NCBI RefSeq assembly: GCF_006345805.1
Contig: NC_042998.1
Span: 43,462,001 to 43,526,000, forward strand
Direction: 5' to 3'
Origin: Octopus sinensis
Taxonomy: Eukaryota
DNA length: 64,000 nucleotides
This document shows positions 1 through 11,639 of the stretch, in pieces. Within the stretch, counting starts at the first letter, position 1. Each line of letters begins with the position of its first letter. Both the position numbers and the translations under genes were made by a program. Below the pieces are notes generated by a model, which saw only the letters and a list, made by a program, of their open reading frames with translations, ran no database searches and was not told the origin of the DNA.

Positions 1-6
1 ACATAC

Positions 7-228
7 ATATGATAGGCAGCTGAAAAGTTACTGGCTTTGGGTAAAAGAAAATACAGGAGGATCATTTAATCATGATTTTATTTAACATATTCCCTTTTCA
101 GATTCACACGCTTATAGCAGCGGTCCTTCAGTTTTTCTAAACCTCGTAAAAGAACTTGGAAGTTTGGGCCTCAAACCAGGCTTTTTACGACATCTTTGAA
201 GCCAATATCTTTTCAGCATTCCCTTGTA
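7..228 (-). mobile_element. Mariner-type DNA transposon, 3' end fragment
   Basis: TIR-like TATGATAGGCAGCTGAAAAGTT at the left edge; minus-strand remnant resembles the mariner transposase C-terminus (KLE.R..KCVNL.GEYVK*). Confidence 0.55.
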
Positions 229-235
229 CATATAT

Positions 236-1915
236 ACATACCTACATTGTGGCCGATTCCCCGTTCTCGAGTATTCCCATCGATTGAAGTATTTGAGAAT
301 CAGTCTCATGTGTGATCAGCATGGGTGTGGCTTTTCAGACAGGCAAATGACTTACATTCTTTGGCACAGATGTTTCGTACATGCTTACTCACAACAACAG
401 GAGCCGCTTGTTGGACATCATGCATTTTCATGTGTCGTTTCAAGCTCCCATCTGATAGGCAAACTTTGCCGCATTCATGACATGTTGTTATGCTGTGTAT
501 GACACAATCCAAGCCAACTCTCTGCCCGTGGCTTATTTTGTGACTATTCAGCCCCGTTTTACTGAAGCAGACATTTCCACATTCATCGCATGTTAGCTCA
601 CTCTGGCTACCCACGTTTTCTGGAAGTATCACGTTTACATCATTTATGGCATCCGTTATCAACTTCTCGTGATTTCGAGCTTGTGAAATGCTCACTTACA
701 TAGTAAATTGCTTTCCTTCATCTTGCCCGATCAGTTGCAGTTTCTTTCCAGTTCATTTCCGAGATGTTAACCTTCTTCAACGATGTTTTATGTAGTCTTT
801 GATACTCAGCTTAGATTTACGAGGTGTCGCTTTCCATTCCTTAATTCGCCATACATGAATTGCTTCGGAGACCTCATTTCTCACCGAGTGACTCACCCAT
901 CGGTGTCACTGCTGCCAAAAAATTGACTAAGTTCTTCCACAATGAATTTTTTAAGTGCCTCAACATCCCACACATTTTCCAACGCAGACCCAATATACAA
1001 TGTAGACGCTTCTGGTGGTATCCCTTCAACTGTCTCAGGTTCTTTCGGTAGGTTACACTGATCTCACAAGCGTACAAAAGGGAAGACAACCGCACACGCT
1101 ATATAATCATTTTAGTATCAGTGGAGATGCTACTGTGAGACCACAGGCACTTTTCCAACTTTCTGAAAGCATCACTGGCTTTGCTGATTCCAAGCGAGAT
1201 TTCAATGTCATGAGTTCAAAGTGTACTAAAGTTAATACCAGAATACATAGACCTGTCTACAATTATAACTTGAAGACTCTGACATATGCTCGGATATTTG
1301 GTTCCAGGTATGGCCCTCCTGGTGAAAGGCTAATATAAGACAACGACCGTTTTAAAACTTATCGTCAGGCCTAACACAGAACAAGCATTGGAGAAGGAAT
1401 ATGCTGCATATCTTCATGAGTATGAGCAAAGAGATCACAGGTACCTGCATAGTGAAATCCTCTTAACAATGAGGACATGTCTTTTGCATTGGGGCGTTTT
1501 ATGTTGAAACGTTTCCCGAAAGTACGAAACCTGACATATATTCCATGTGGACACTCACTGAAAGCCATTACAAACACAATTGTAAAATACAGTGAAAACA
1601 GCGTTGACAGTGGAATACCGCCTTGTTTGACACCATTGTTCACAGCAACAAGATCAGCCACATTCCCACTAACATTCACCCATGCCTGTATGTTGTCATG
1701 GAATAGAAGTAGAAATGTCACAAATTTATTTGCACACCAAATCATCTTCAGTGGCCCTTGTTTAGCTTAACTGTTTAATGCGTCAAGTGCCTCTGTCAGG
1801 TCAAGTAGCACTTGAAACAAATCCATCCTTTGTTCAATACACTTTTCCAGAAGTTGCCTTGCCGAGAACATCATATCAATCGTATCTCCTTCCTCGTATC
1901 AATCCTCCTCTTCTA
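236..1915 (-). mobile_element. RTE-clade LINE, 5'-truncated and decayed (RT to 3' tail)
   Basis: Minus-strand RT remnants (DMMFSARQLLEKCIEQ; NGVKQGGIPLSTLFSLYF; ..LHCILGLRW), zinc-finger tail, and 3' hairpin followed by an ATGT/TA microsatellite. Confidence 0.85.
306..695 (-). pseudogene. Triple C2H2 zinc-finger C-terminus of the RTE ORF
   Basis: CDECGNVCFSKTGLNSHKISH, CHECGKVCLSDGSLKRHMKMH, (R)NICAKECKSFACLKSHTHADH in one open frame. Confidence 0.75.
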
Positions 1916-1989
1916 AAGGCAAGCAGACACCAGAAGAGCATCATCAGCAATGTGCATACATACACACACACCACATACATACATATTCT

Positions 1990-2322
1990 TTTATTCTTTT
2001 ATTTGTGTCAGTCATTTGACTGCGGCCATGCTGAAGCACCGCCTTTTAGTCGATAGATAGATAGATCGATATGTATATGTACATATCTATCTATCTTTGT
2101 AAGACTAGCACTTATTCTATCGGTCTCTTTTTACCGAACCGCTAAGTTACGAGGAGGTAAAGACACCAGCATCGGTTGTCAAGTGATGTTTGGGGGACAA
2201 ACACAAACACAACATACATACACACACACACACACACACATACACACACACACACAGTGTGGACTGAACCCGGAACCATGTGGTTGGTAAACAAGCTACT
2301 TATCACATAGCCACTCCTGCGC
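1990..2322 (-). mobile_element. tRNA-derived SINE family A (internally deleted)
   Basis: Shares CAGTCATTTGACTGCGGCCATGCTG tail, central (CA)n and GGGACTGAACCCGGAACCATGTGG head with many other copies in the window. Confidence 0.85.
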
Positions 2323-2324
2323 CT

Positions 2325-2486
2325 TGTACATATATTTGTGTACATATGCATATCTATCTATCTATCTATCTATCTACATATATATGTATGTATACATACA
2401 TATGTATATATATATATACAAATGTATGTATGTATGTATGTATGTATGTATGTATGTATGTATGTATGTATGTATGTATGTATATA

Positions 2487-2529
<43 letters not shown>

Positions 2530-2548
2530 ATATATATATATATATATC
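2325..2548. repeat. Compound (TATC)n/(TATG)n/(TA)n microsatellite
   Basis: Direct reading. Confidence 0.95.
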
Positions 2549-2812
2549 AGAAATTAAAAAAGGAAAATACGCACACTTACATAGTTTTAATATAATTTTT
2601 AATATATCGACCGGTTTCGCTATCGCTATTTATGATATTATGTTTTACTTATTTGAATATATATTTTTTCTTAAGAAGAAAATTCTTCTTAAGAAAATAT
2701 ATATTCAAATAAGTAAAACATAATATCATGAATAGCGATAGCGAAACCGGTCGATATATTAAAAATTATATTAAAACTATCTAAGTGTGCGTATTTTCCT
2801 TTTTTAATTTCT
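2549..2812. repeat. 264-bp near-perfect palindrome (PLE pLTR-like foldback)
   Basis: AGAAATTAAAAAAGGAAAATACGCACACTTA at 2549 pairs with its reverse complement ending 2812; centre AAGAAGAA-AA-TTCTTCTT at ~2681. Confidence 0.9.
2723..2757 (+). ncRNA. Minimal type-I hammerhead ribozyme-like motif, A3-U8 core variant
   Basis: atatc-ATGAATA-gc(gata)gc-GAAA-CCGG-TC-gatat: 5-bp stem I, 2-bp stem II, palindromic stem III, GUC site. Confidence 0.6.
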
Positions 2813-2904
2813 TATATACATTACAACTCACAACGTAGGGATAATCGAAATTCCTTTTTTCTGTTACTACTACTACTATATATATATATATACTTACGCA
2901 GGAC

Positions 2905-3085
2905 CACACTGGCCTAGTACTTATTCTAACGATATTTTTGCCGAACAGCTAAGTTACGTGGAGGTAAACACACCAACACCGGTTGTCAAGCGTAGTGGGG
3001 TACAAACACAGACATCAACACACATACACACACACACACATACATGCAGTGCCCAAGCATGGCCGAAGTCCTATAACTGGGAATG
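2905..3085. mobile_element. SINE family A partial/mosaic copy
   Basis: CTAGTACTTATTCTA...GCTAAGTTACG...AAACACACC...GGTTGTCAAGCG segment plus a CCCAAGCATGGCCG tail-like piece. Confidence 0.6.
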
Positions 3086-3759
3086 TTAAAAGATAAAAGA
3101 GAGATGGTGAAGACACGAGAGGGAGTTCATTAACTTTATGGATGGTCAAGTTATGATGTGTGCCCACGATAATGAAAAATTGCGGCGATGTCATTGGTCC
3201 GGTTCGTTCGTGACCTCATGGAGGATGCAATGTAAGTAGGAGTAGCAGTTCTGTGTTCGTTCCCATGTACGGTATTGACATTTGCTGAAACGCGTCGGCA
3301 TCAAGGAAGTGAAGCTTTGGGCCTGTTATATTGTTGTATGTTAATGTGAAAGATCATGATTGACAGGCACTACATCGGTAAGTTTAGAGCAAAAGATGGC
3401 CATATATGATGACAAGTCAACTGTCCTCCTCCCCCCTCGTCTTCCTCCCATCTCTACACCTCCTCCTCCTTAATCATTATCATCATCATCATACACAAAT
3501 GCATGTTAGTATGTATACACGCCTATATGCATGTATATGTGGGGTGTAAGTGCGTGTATATATGTGTATATCTATGTGTCTATCTATCTACCTATCTCTG
3601 TCTGCCTCTCTCTCTCTCTATATATATATATATTTATATATATATATAATTTCGAATTAATAATAAAAGGGTAAAATTAAACAAATTAATTAATTAAGCA
3701 ATCAATTAATAATTTTACCAAGTAGATCGGTACGTTAAAATAACCTTTATAGGTAAAAT

Positions 3760-3909
3760 TATACAAATATTCTATAATTATAAGCATAATTATAATTAGG
3801 AGTCAGCTAATCTTTAATTTTTAACTCCTATTTCTAAATTTGGCATGTGGTGAAGCAATTAGCTGACCCCTGATTATAATGACATTTATAATTATAGAAT
3901 ATTTGTATA
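3760..3909. repeat. Imperfect inverted repeat in a TA-flanked module
   Basis: TATACAAATATTCTATAATTATAA...GAGTCAGCTAAT versus ATTAGCTGACCC...TTATAATTATAGAATATTTGTATA, ~45-nt spacer. Confidence 0.75.
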
Positions 3910-4904
3910 TTTATATATATATATATGGATATATGTAAGCATTATTAAATCTCAGAATGAGATGTAAACAGTAATCGCTCGATAATGTAAAGTATAGAAG
4001 CCATCTTAATATGGCTAACCACATAGGGTAGGGGGTGTTACTGTAGCTCTATAGCCCCAGGAGATCGTCGTCTCCAGCTGGCTTTAGACGAGAGGAAATG
4101 GGGAGATTGTGAGAATGAGAGAAAAACGGAAAGAGAACAAAGCTAGAGAAAATAGTATATTTAATCGCAGATAGCCACAAAGTAAAATACCAGAAAGCAT
4201 TAATTATAACAATATGTTGCGTATATTTATCAGCTTAATTGGAAAATTAATTATATACGTATAATGAGTAAATGATGATAATCGTAACGTTCCTGTTTCC
4301 CTTCCTAGATTTTAGATCCGGGTTTGTCAAGCCATATACAGAGACCTAATTCTGAATTCCACAGGAAATAAATTGTGCCCTCTTGTTATTTTAAAGTAAT
4401 TTTTCTGCAAAACAAGGAAATAACCAAGATACCTGAAGGTAATATCATTCCAGATTCCACATTTTATAATATTTAATCGGTTGATACACACTAGCAGACC
4501 ATAAATGGAAGGAAATCAAGTGCAAATTTATGTGTCACATTTTGACTGTCTCACTTCTCTTTCGGACATATCGTCATGATCAACATAGATTCCGATTTAA
4601 ACGATAGATAAAATTAGATGAAATACTCTTTTCTATAACATCCAGCTACAGCGATGCGGACACCTGCCGGATTCTTGAACGTAGTCGTATCCTCCGTGGT
4701 TAAAACCGGGAAAGTGGAAGAAGTTTCTGATGGAGACGGACCATCTGTGGCCAAGAGAAAGAAGCATTCTCAGTGGCCATACACTGTTAGAAAGATTGCG
4801 TTCGTCTAGCAGCACCAGGAACTTCATCATCGAATGTCATCCACAGTTTGATGACGCCATCGTGGTGAATCTTAATATATTCAAATCTAGACGGTGTCTA
4901 CTAT

Positions 4905-5112
4905 TACTCTTTTACTTGTTTCAGTCATTTTGACTGCGGCCATGCTGGAGCACCACCTTTAGTTGAGCAAATCGACCCCTGGACTTATTCTTTGTAAGTC
5001 TAGTTCTTATTCAATCGGTCTCTTTTGCCGAACCACTAAGTTACGGGGACGTAAACACACGACCATCGGTTTTCAAGCGATGCTGGGGGGACAAACACCG
5101 ACATACACGCAT

Positions 5113-5153
<41 letters not shown>

Positions 5154-5325
5154 CATATATACGACGGCCTTCTTTCAGTTTCCGTCTACCAAATCCACTA
5201 ACAAGGCTTTGGTCGACCCGAGGCTATAGTAGAAGACACTTGCCCAAGGTACAACACAGTGGGAATGAACCCGGGACCATGTGGTTGGTAAGAAAGCTAC
5301 TTATCGCACAGCCACACCTGCACCT
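4905..5325 (-). mobile_element. SINE family A, full length
   Basis: Complete tail, central (CA)n(TA)n and tRNA-like head. Confidence 0.9.
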
Positions 5326-5789
5326 ATGAGACCATTCCAAGAGAACATCAGGTACAAGTCCTACATGAGGAAATGCCAGTTCATGTTTGGAACCCCACCC
5401 CACCCCACCCCACCCCAGGAGAAACGTGGTTACATGATATGAGATTCCACATAATGCAGCCTCACAGATTGCTCCCTCTATGGCATCGTCGGTGGTGGGG
5501 TACTGTCGGCGGCCGTACGCTTCCAAGAATTCATTGAAAGCTATCATCGAGATCATCTGATCCTAGTATACCGTCGCTTCTGTGATCATATAAGGATCGT
5601 CAGTGGGGCGGTGGTAGTTTTATCGAGCGGTATTATGCTTTGATATACCTGGGCGCATGCTGTTTCTTTATTTGTTTGGTATTATTGAATTTTTTGGTAC
5701 TGTTTTGTTATCGGGTAATCATCATCATCATCATCATCATCATCATTATAGGCCTTGTGCCTATAGTAGAAAGGGTTATTATCATTATT

Positions 5790-6570
5790 ATTTTATTGTC
5801 TTTGCGGAGCTTCTAACTATGGAGATGTACTACGGTGCTGTTCCCTACCAGTGAACCTAGGTAACACCCCTTATTTACACCATCCGGAGTTTTCCAGTGG
5901 TTCCAAGCAGTGCTGTTTTCTGCAAGTGCTCCACTCTTATTGTAGTCCCTATTTGTTCCATATACTTCTCAAGATTTTTACTCACTGTTCTTAGGGCACC
6001 GACAGTTATTGGTGCTACTACCACCTTTTTCAGCGACGACAACTGCTTAACATCCCAAGCTAACTTGTCATATCTATCGACTTTTCTTCCTTATCGCATA
6101 CCATACGATGGTCCAGCATCGTCGCACTGAATCATAAAATCCTATAGGATCTTTCCATTATAATTTTCGATTATGCCTTCGGGTTTATATCCGTACCATC
6201 TTTTTGCTCTGTGAAGTCCATACTTGTTGCAAAGTGTCCAATGGACAATCCTTGCAATGTTGTCATGACGTCTCTTATATTTTTTCTGGACTAGTGGCGT
6301 GCATTGTCTGGTAATATACCATATGGGTTCATCATTTTGTCCACAAATTCTACACTTATCAATTTTTGATGTGTTGTCTATTCTGTATTTGATGTAATTG
6401 GCTCTTAATGCTTGCTCTGGTATCAGCTTTTCATCTGTACACTCTCCATTTATTTCTTTGTAGAATCTCTTCTGATCTACTCTGAATTACCTATTCTGCA
6501 GATATCCCTTCATTTTTTATTGTATCTTACCATCTTTTCTTTCTTAGCAATGAGGTGCTGTTTCAGTTCC
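5790..6570 (-). mobile_element. R4/Dong-type RLE non-LTR retrotransposon, 3' fragment
   Basis: Minus-strand translation: DKCRICGQNDEPIWYITRQC (CCHC-like), RRHDNIARIVHW, PITVGALRTVSKNLEKYMEQIG..HLQKTALLGT; adjacent (CAT)n and TTA-rich tract. Confidence 0.75.
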
Positions 6571-6639
6571 CCCGTTACCAATTTCAGGCCCTTTCTTTCA
6601 ATATCATTCTTCCTGTTAAGTGCTCTGTATTTTTGCTTG

Positions 6640-8990
6640 CTCTTAAGCTCCCCCTTCTCTTTTGTAAACAGACAAGAGGGCAACTTCCGACAACAACGAT
6701 GCTGAAAATAAACACAAAACGGAAAGTTTCACCAAAGAAATCATTGAAGATATTACCATCATCAACAACAACAACAGCAGCAGTGACAACAAGAATAACA
6801 ACAGCAACACCAGATATGAAAAGGAACAGATGATAGAAATTATTGATGCCGACCACAACATCAATACCAACAAGAACAATAACAAAACTTCAAGACAAAC
6901 AGAAAAGGGAAAATTTCAACAAATTGATTGAAGCCACGTCCACTACTACGAACAGCAAAAGCAGCAGCAACAACAAGGAATCAAACAACACAACTTTCGC
7001 TAATATTATTGAACAAAGATGGATTTGAACACTCTTTCGAAAGTGATTTCGGGAAAAGTTTCCGAAAATGCCTGATAAAACCTAATTTCCTTGTTCTATT
7101 TCGAGACAAATAAGATCAAATCATAAAAAGAATTGTGATCTATCATTGTCTTGATAAGAAGACCAGGTGGATAGAAATTTTGAATGCAGCACTGGTAGAA
7201 AAATGCCTAAGAGATGTTTGCGGTTGGATTTGGCTAGTAAGGAGAGCAAGAGATTTTGGATCCCATGTAGCTATATTCCATACTGAAGTGGCTGTGAAAA
7301 GGCTGGCTTAGTACACTTACTCCTCAGATGAACATATCTTCTTCCCGTCTTATCGGGGGAGACGAGTGAATAAGATTATATTTTCGAATGTGCCTCTGGA
7401 AATTAACATCCAGTATTTCGGGATGATACTGGTTGAAATCTATCCTGAATGAAAACTGGTCGGTTGCCAGAGTTTAAGTGGAAATGCTGGTCACATTAGA
7501 AAACTTCTATAAGATCCCTAACATAATTTACATGGATGGCGTGGAGCCCATAAAAGTAGTGATTGAGGACAGAAAAGCAAAATGTTATCCCTCTGGAAGT
7601 ACAACCCAACAAAACGCTTTCTACCCTCATTTAAAGAAATCGAAATCACCATTGTTGCCAATTCCACAAGCACATCTACAACAACAGCATAAACAGTTGC
7701 GGATACCTACGAGTACACAAAGACCTCGACAACTGAAAGGTGTATTCCTTGTTCCCACAGAAGAACAAGCTTTTCTCCAAATCCCTTTTCCCAAACCAAC
7801 AACAACAGCGACTCAAGGACATCTTTCGACCAGACTTCAGCATATCTAACCAATTCCTTGAGTAATGACTTGGAGAAGGAAGAACGGACTGAAAAGTGGC
7901 AAAGTCTCCAAAAATGGAACAGGAAAGAGGATACAGAGTACCAATCCGAGAAAACAACAAAGAGATGCACAAAAAACACAATTACATCCCACTTCAGAAC
8001 CACTCCATCAACAACAGAAATAGCAACATACTCATCCTCAACAACAACAACGACATTATCCTCAACAAGAAAAACGACGACAACAGGAAAACACAGACTC
8101 TACGGCCACCAGAACGGAATCTGCTAAAATAACAAAGCATTTTAAACAGTACACTAAATGTATTCATGAACTTCACTGTTGTGATCAATAGGAACATTGA
8201 GTAGATGGAACACTTTACATGAACTCTTTACATGAACACCACCCTGTACTTAACTCCATGTCCCCCTACATGGCCTTGCTATTTGCTTTTGAGCCAAAAA
8301 TTAACTAACTAACTAACTTAGATGAAAATAAAAATAGAATTGAGACAAAGAAAGAATTTGAAGATTCTATCCTCAAAACCCCGAGGGACAGAATATTAAT
8401 ATAAACATCTGATTTTTAGAAAAAAAATAAAGAAAAATTCCCAGCTAATGCAGGGATTTAAAAAAGGCTATAGAAAAAAAGACTTTCAGAAGGGCTTTTA
8501 AGAACTTTCGCCCGAAGATAGGTCGCTCGATATAAATGCGGCCACCATCAGCGAGACAAGAATTTCTTAACAGCATGCTTTAGCGTCAATTTTCGACAAC
8601 TATGAGACAGGCTCATCTCGAAGTCTGTCAAGATTGGTCAGCGGATTAGCAGTTCTTTTCGTCTATCTTTAGATCCCCATGTACGGGCAACTTTTTGGAC
8701 CCGGACTGTAGGTGATAATCCTGGACATGAACGGCAGCATGACTGGTAGTCATTTTGCACCGACAGATCCAGGGAGGCCAGTTTACTTCAGGAGTGTGTG
8801 GGTTCCGTCGGTGAGGCTAGTCTTTCCGCAGTTCGTCTCATTGATGGAGTTCCAGTCCTGATTGAAAGAAAGACGAAACTAAGTGCAATGCACCTAGAGT
8901 GTTGTCTAGCGCTCACAGCTCTCTTCCGGCCGGACAATGGAATCGATGAATGTCGTACTCCGGAAATATATAAATGATCAGTGGCAGAAA
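6640..8990 (+). mobile_element. Tx1/L1-like LINE remnant (ORF1-like region plus APE endonuclease start)
   Basis: Gln/Thr-rich ORF1-like pieces with a degenerate knuckle (KAKCYPSGST); APE remnants DINAATISETR and FLDPDCR.IILDMNG...FAPT at ~8520-8770. Confidence 0.55.
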
Positions 8991-9124
8991 GTCTCATAAC
9001 GTTCTGAACACTTAATTCACCTCGTATATCCACATTTAACAGACAAATATAATTTAAAATCAACTCTATAAACAAATTATTTATCAAAAAGATATATTAA
9101 AAAATTCCTCTTCTTTTTCTTTTT

Positions 9125-9330
9125 TTTCAGTCATTTGACAGCGGCCATGCTGGAGCACCACCTGTAGTCGAGCAAACAACCCCAGGACTTATCCATTGTA
9201 AGCCTAGGACTTATTCTATCGGCCTCTCAGGCCGAACTGCTAAGTGACGGGGACGTAAATACACCAGCAGCGGTTGTCAAGCGGAATTGGAGGACAAACA
9301 TGTACATACATACACACACACACACACACG

Positions 9331-9366
<36 letters not shown>

Positions 9367-9525
9367 CACGACGGGTTTCTTTCAGTTTCCGTTTACCAAA
9401 TCCACTCATAAGGCTTTGGTCGGCCCGAGGCTATAGTAGAAGACCCTTGCCCCATGTGCCACGCAGTGGGACTGAACCCGGAACCATGTGGTTGGTAAGA
9501 AAGCTACTTACCACACAGCCCAGCA
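9125..9525 (-). mobile_element. SINE family A, full length
   Basis: Same consensus blocks as 4905-5325. Confidence 0.9.
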
Positions 9526-9941
9526 TACCCAGCGTGTGGAGATGCTAACCTATCACTTGGAATATCTCAGAAACAGTTGTATGACATCCAATAATTAATT
9601 AATTAATTAACTATTCGATTACCTCAATTTCACCTTACTCTAATTAAGTATACTAAATGACTTGAGATACTCATCCTACCTTGGTTTTGCTATCCTGGTT
9701 CCTCTAATATATACCTGCTAATTTGGAAGCCTACTACGGCTCCCTAGTTCCAGCCTCAGCAGTGAACTTGGAACCTAAAGGTTGACCAATTATAGCACTT
9801 ACACAACGTACCTATTCGTTTAGATCCCCATTGAACTAAACTCCTCAAATTCTTTTAGAATATGTGTATGTGTGCGTGTGTATACGTATGTGTGTTTGTG
9901 TGATCACTTGTGTGTGCGTGCGTGTGTGTAAAACTTTGAAG

Positions 9942-10012
9942 GGTTTGGTACAAATGGTAGAACGCCTGTCCTATTTACAGAAAATGTGGGTTCGAGTCCC
10001 ATAGACAACCTT
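9942..10012 (+). other. Degenerate tRNA-like sequence (SINE head or tRNA pseudogene)
   Basis: A-box-like TGGTACAAATGGTAGA and B-box GGTTCGAGTCCC; the cloverleaf is not intact. Confidence 0.45.
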
Positions 10013-11119
10013 CAACCCTTTCAATCCCCAAAAATTTTTTTAACCCAATATTTACATGCACGCTGTTATTTCTAGTATTTATCTGCTTCGAAATTCAACG
10101 TGTCAAGAAATGTTTTTTTATATACGTGTGTGTGTGTGTGCGCGCGCGCGCGCGCGTGTGCCTTTGTTCATGTGTATGTGTACGTGTGTATGTGTGTGTG
10201 TATCCACTAAAAGCAGACAAATGGATCGCAGAAAAAATAGTAATAGCTCTGTACATCAGGTGTTGTTTAGATATCTCTGTAATTTCGACAATATAAGCGA
10301 ATACGAAATTTCGACGCTAAACATGTTTCTGGGAAAGTTGGTTTAATTTGGGCAGACAAAGCTGCTATAAGCGAAATATCGATTTCTTTTATTATTTTCT
10401 TTGCTGGTATTTTGCCATTTCTGTTTTTTTTTTAAGGTTTATTATTAGCTATTTTATATTCATGCAATCTAAATACCTCTTATTCTTAACTGAACACTCA
10501 ACAGACCGATTGTTAGCTGACGTTCGTGTCTTCTGCAATGTTTAGTGTTCGTTTAAAATTATTGTTCCTATCGGTCAAGATGACATGAGACTGCGAAGAA
10601 CTATTTTAACAGATTGAGATAATTGCAGACGAAGATGCTTTTTCTCAAAGATCACGAAGACCAATCTTGAAAAGGTCGCTTACTATCTACACAAATTATA
10701 TTATTGTGTAGGTGTTGAATACTTACTTTGCAGGGGTTCTGCGAAGTGTCTCTATCTCCTTAGATATAATAAAACAATTTAGGGTAAATAAAGCTGTGCA
10801 ATTTTGTGTAGTGATGAGATTTTTACAATGTTTTAGAAATAAATACGAGGCTAGAAAACAGATGTCTTTCTAAAAGAGATGTCTAGAAGAAAGATCGCAT
10901 GTGAAATGATAATTATTTTGATAAATATTATTTATTGATATACAAGCCATACAATATGTGTAACATACTTTATAACACAAATACAGTTACATGACTAAAT
11001 ATTATATTTTCTTATATGAGCGAATTCTACACCTATTTCACTTTGCTTACGCTGTGATCTTTCCATCAGCTGATTTCCCATTTATTCAATTGTGTTTCAT
11101 AATTTTGCTAGCCCTGAAG

Positions 11120-11161
<42 letters not shown>

Positions 11162-11639
11162 GTGTGTGTGTTATGGCATGAGAACATGTGGAAAAGAGAG
11201 TACTTCGCACTTGATGTACTGGTTTATTCTATATAATGAAATTATAATGATTATGATAGTTTTCGCGCCCCGTACTGCGTGAAACTTGAGTAACAGGGGA
11301 ACTTTATTTTCAACTGAAGACACACACACACACATCTTCAGATTATGCGTTAGAAGCAGTTCTATAAAGTAAATATCAGTAACACCTATTTAACGTATGT
11401 GTGTTGTTTAAACGTCAGAGAAAGCGGTTTCGTCCGGGAATAATCTTTTTAAAGACGTATATTTGCCCTTACAAGTGATCACATTGCGAAAGCGATACTG
11501 TATTTCGCCGTAGGAGCGATTTATCAATGCCTCTCACTCGAGTCATCTCTGAAACCTGTGTTTTATGTATGCATGTATATATGTCTGTATGTATATGTGT
11601 GCGTGTGTATGTGTGTGTGTGTGTGTGTGTGTGCGTGTG

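Noticed and set aside
3287-3303. HHR half-sites GAAACGCGTC (also 13313-13340, ~29278 and 57661-57700)
   Set aside because: Only one half of the core or no stem I/II pairing; not counted as ribozymes.
5440-5620. Possible Tx1 linker fragment (FNEFLEAY...IEGAICEAAL)
   Set aside because: Similarity is weak and from memory; cannot support without a search.
9942-10012. Functional tRNA gene (also 36592-36656 and SINE heads)
   Set aside because: A/B boxes are present but acceptor and anticodon arms do not close properly; treated as SINE-derived.
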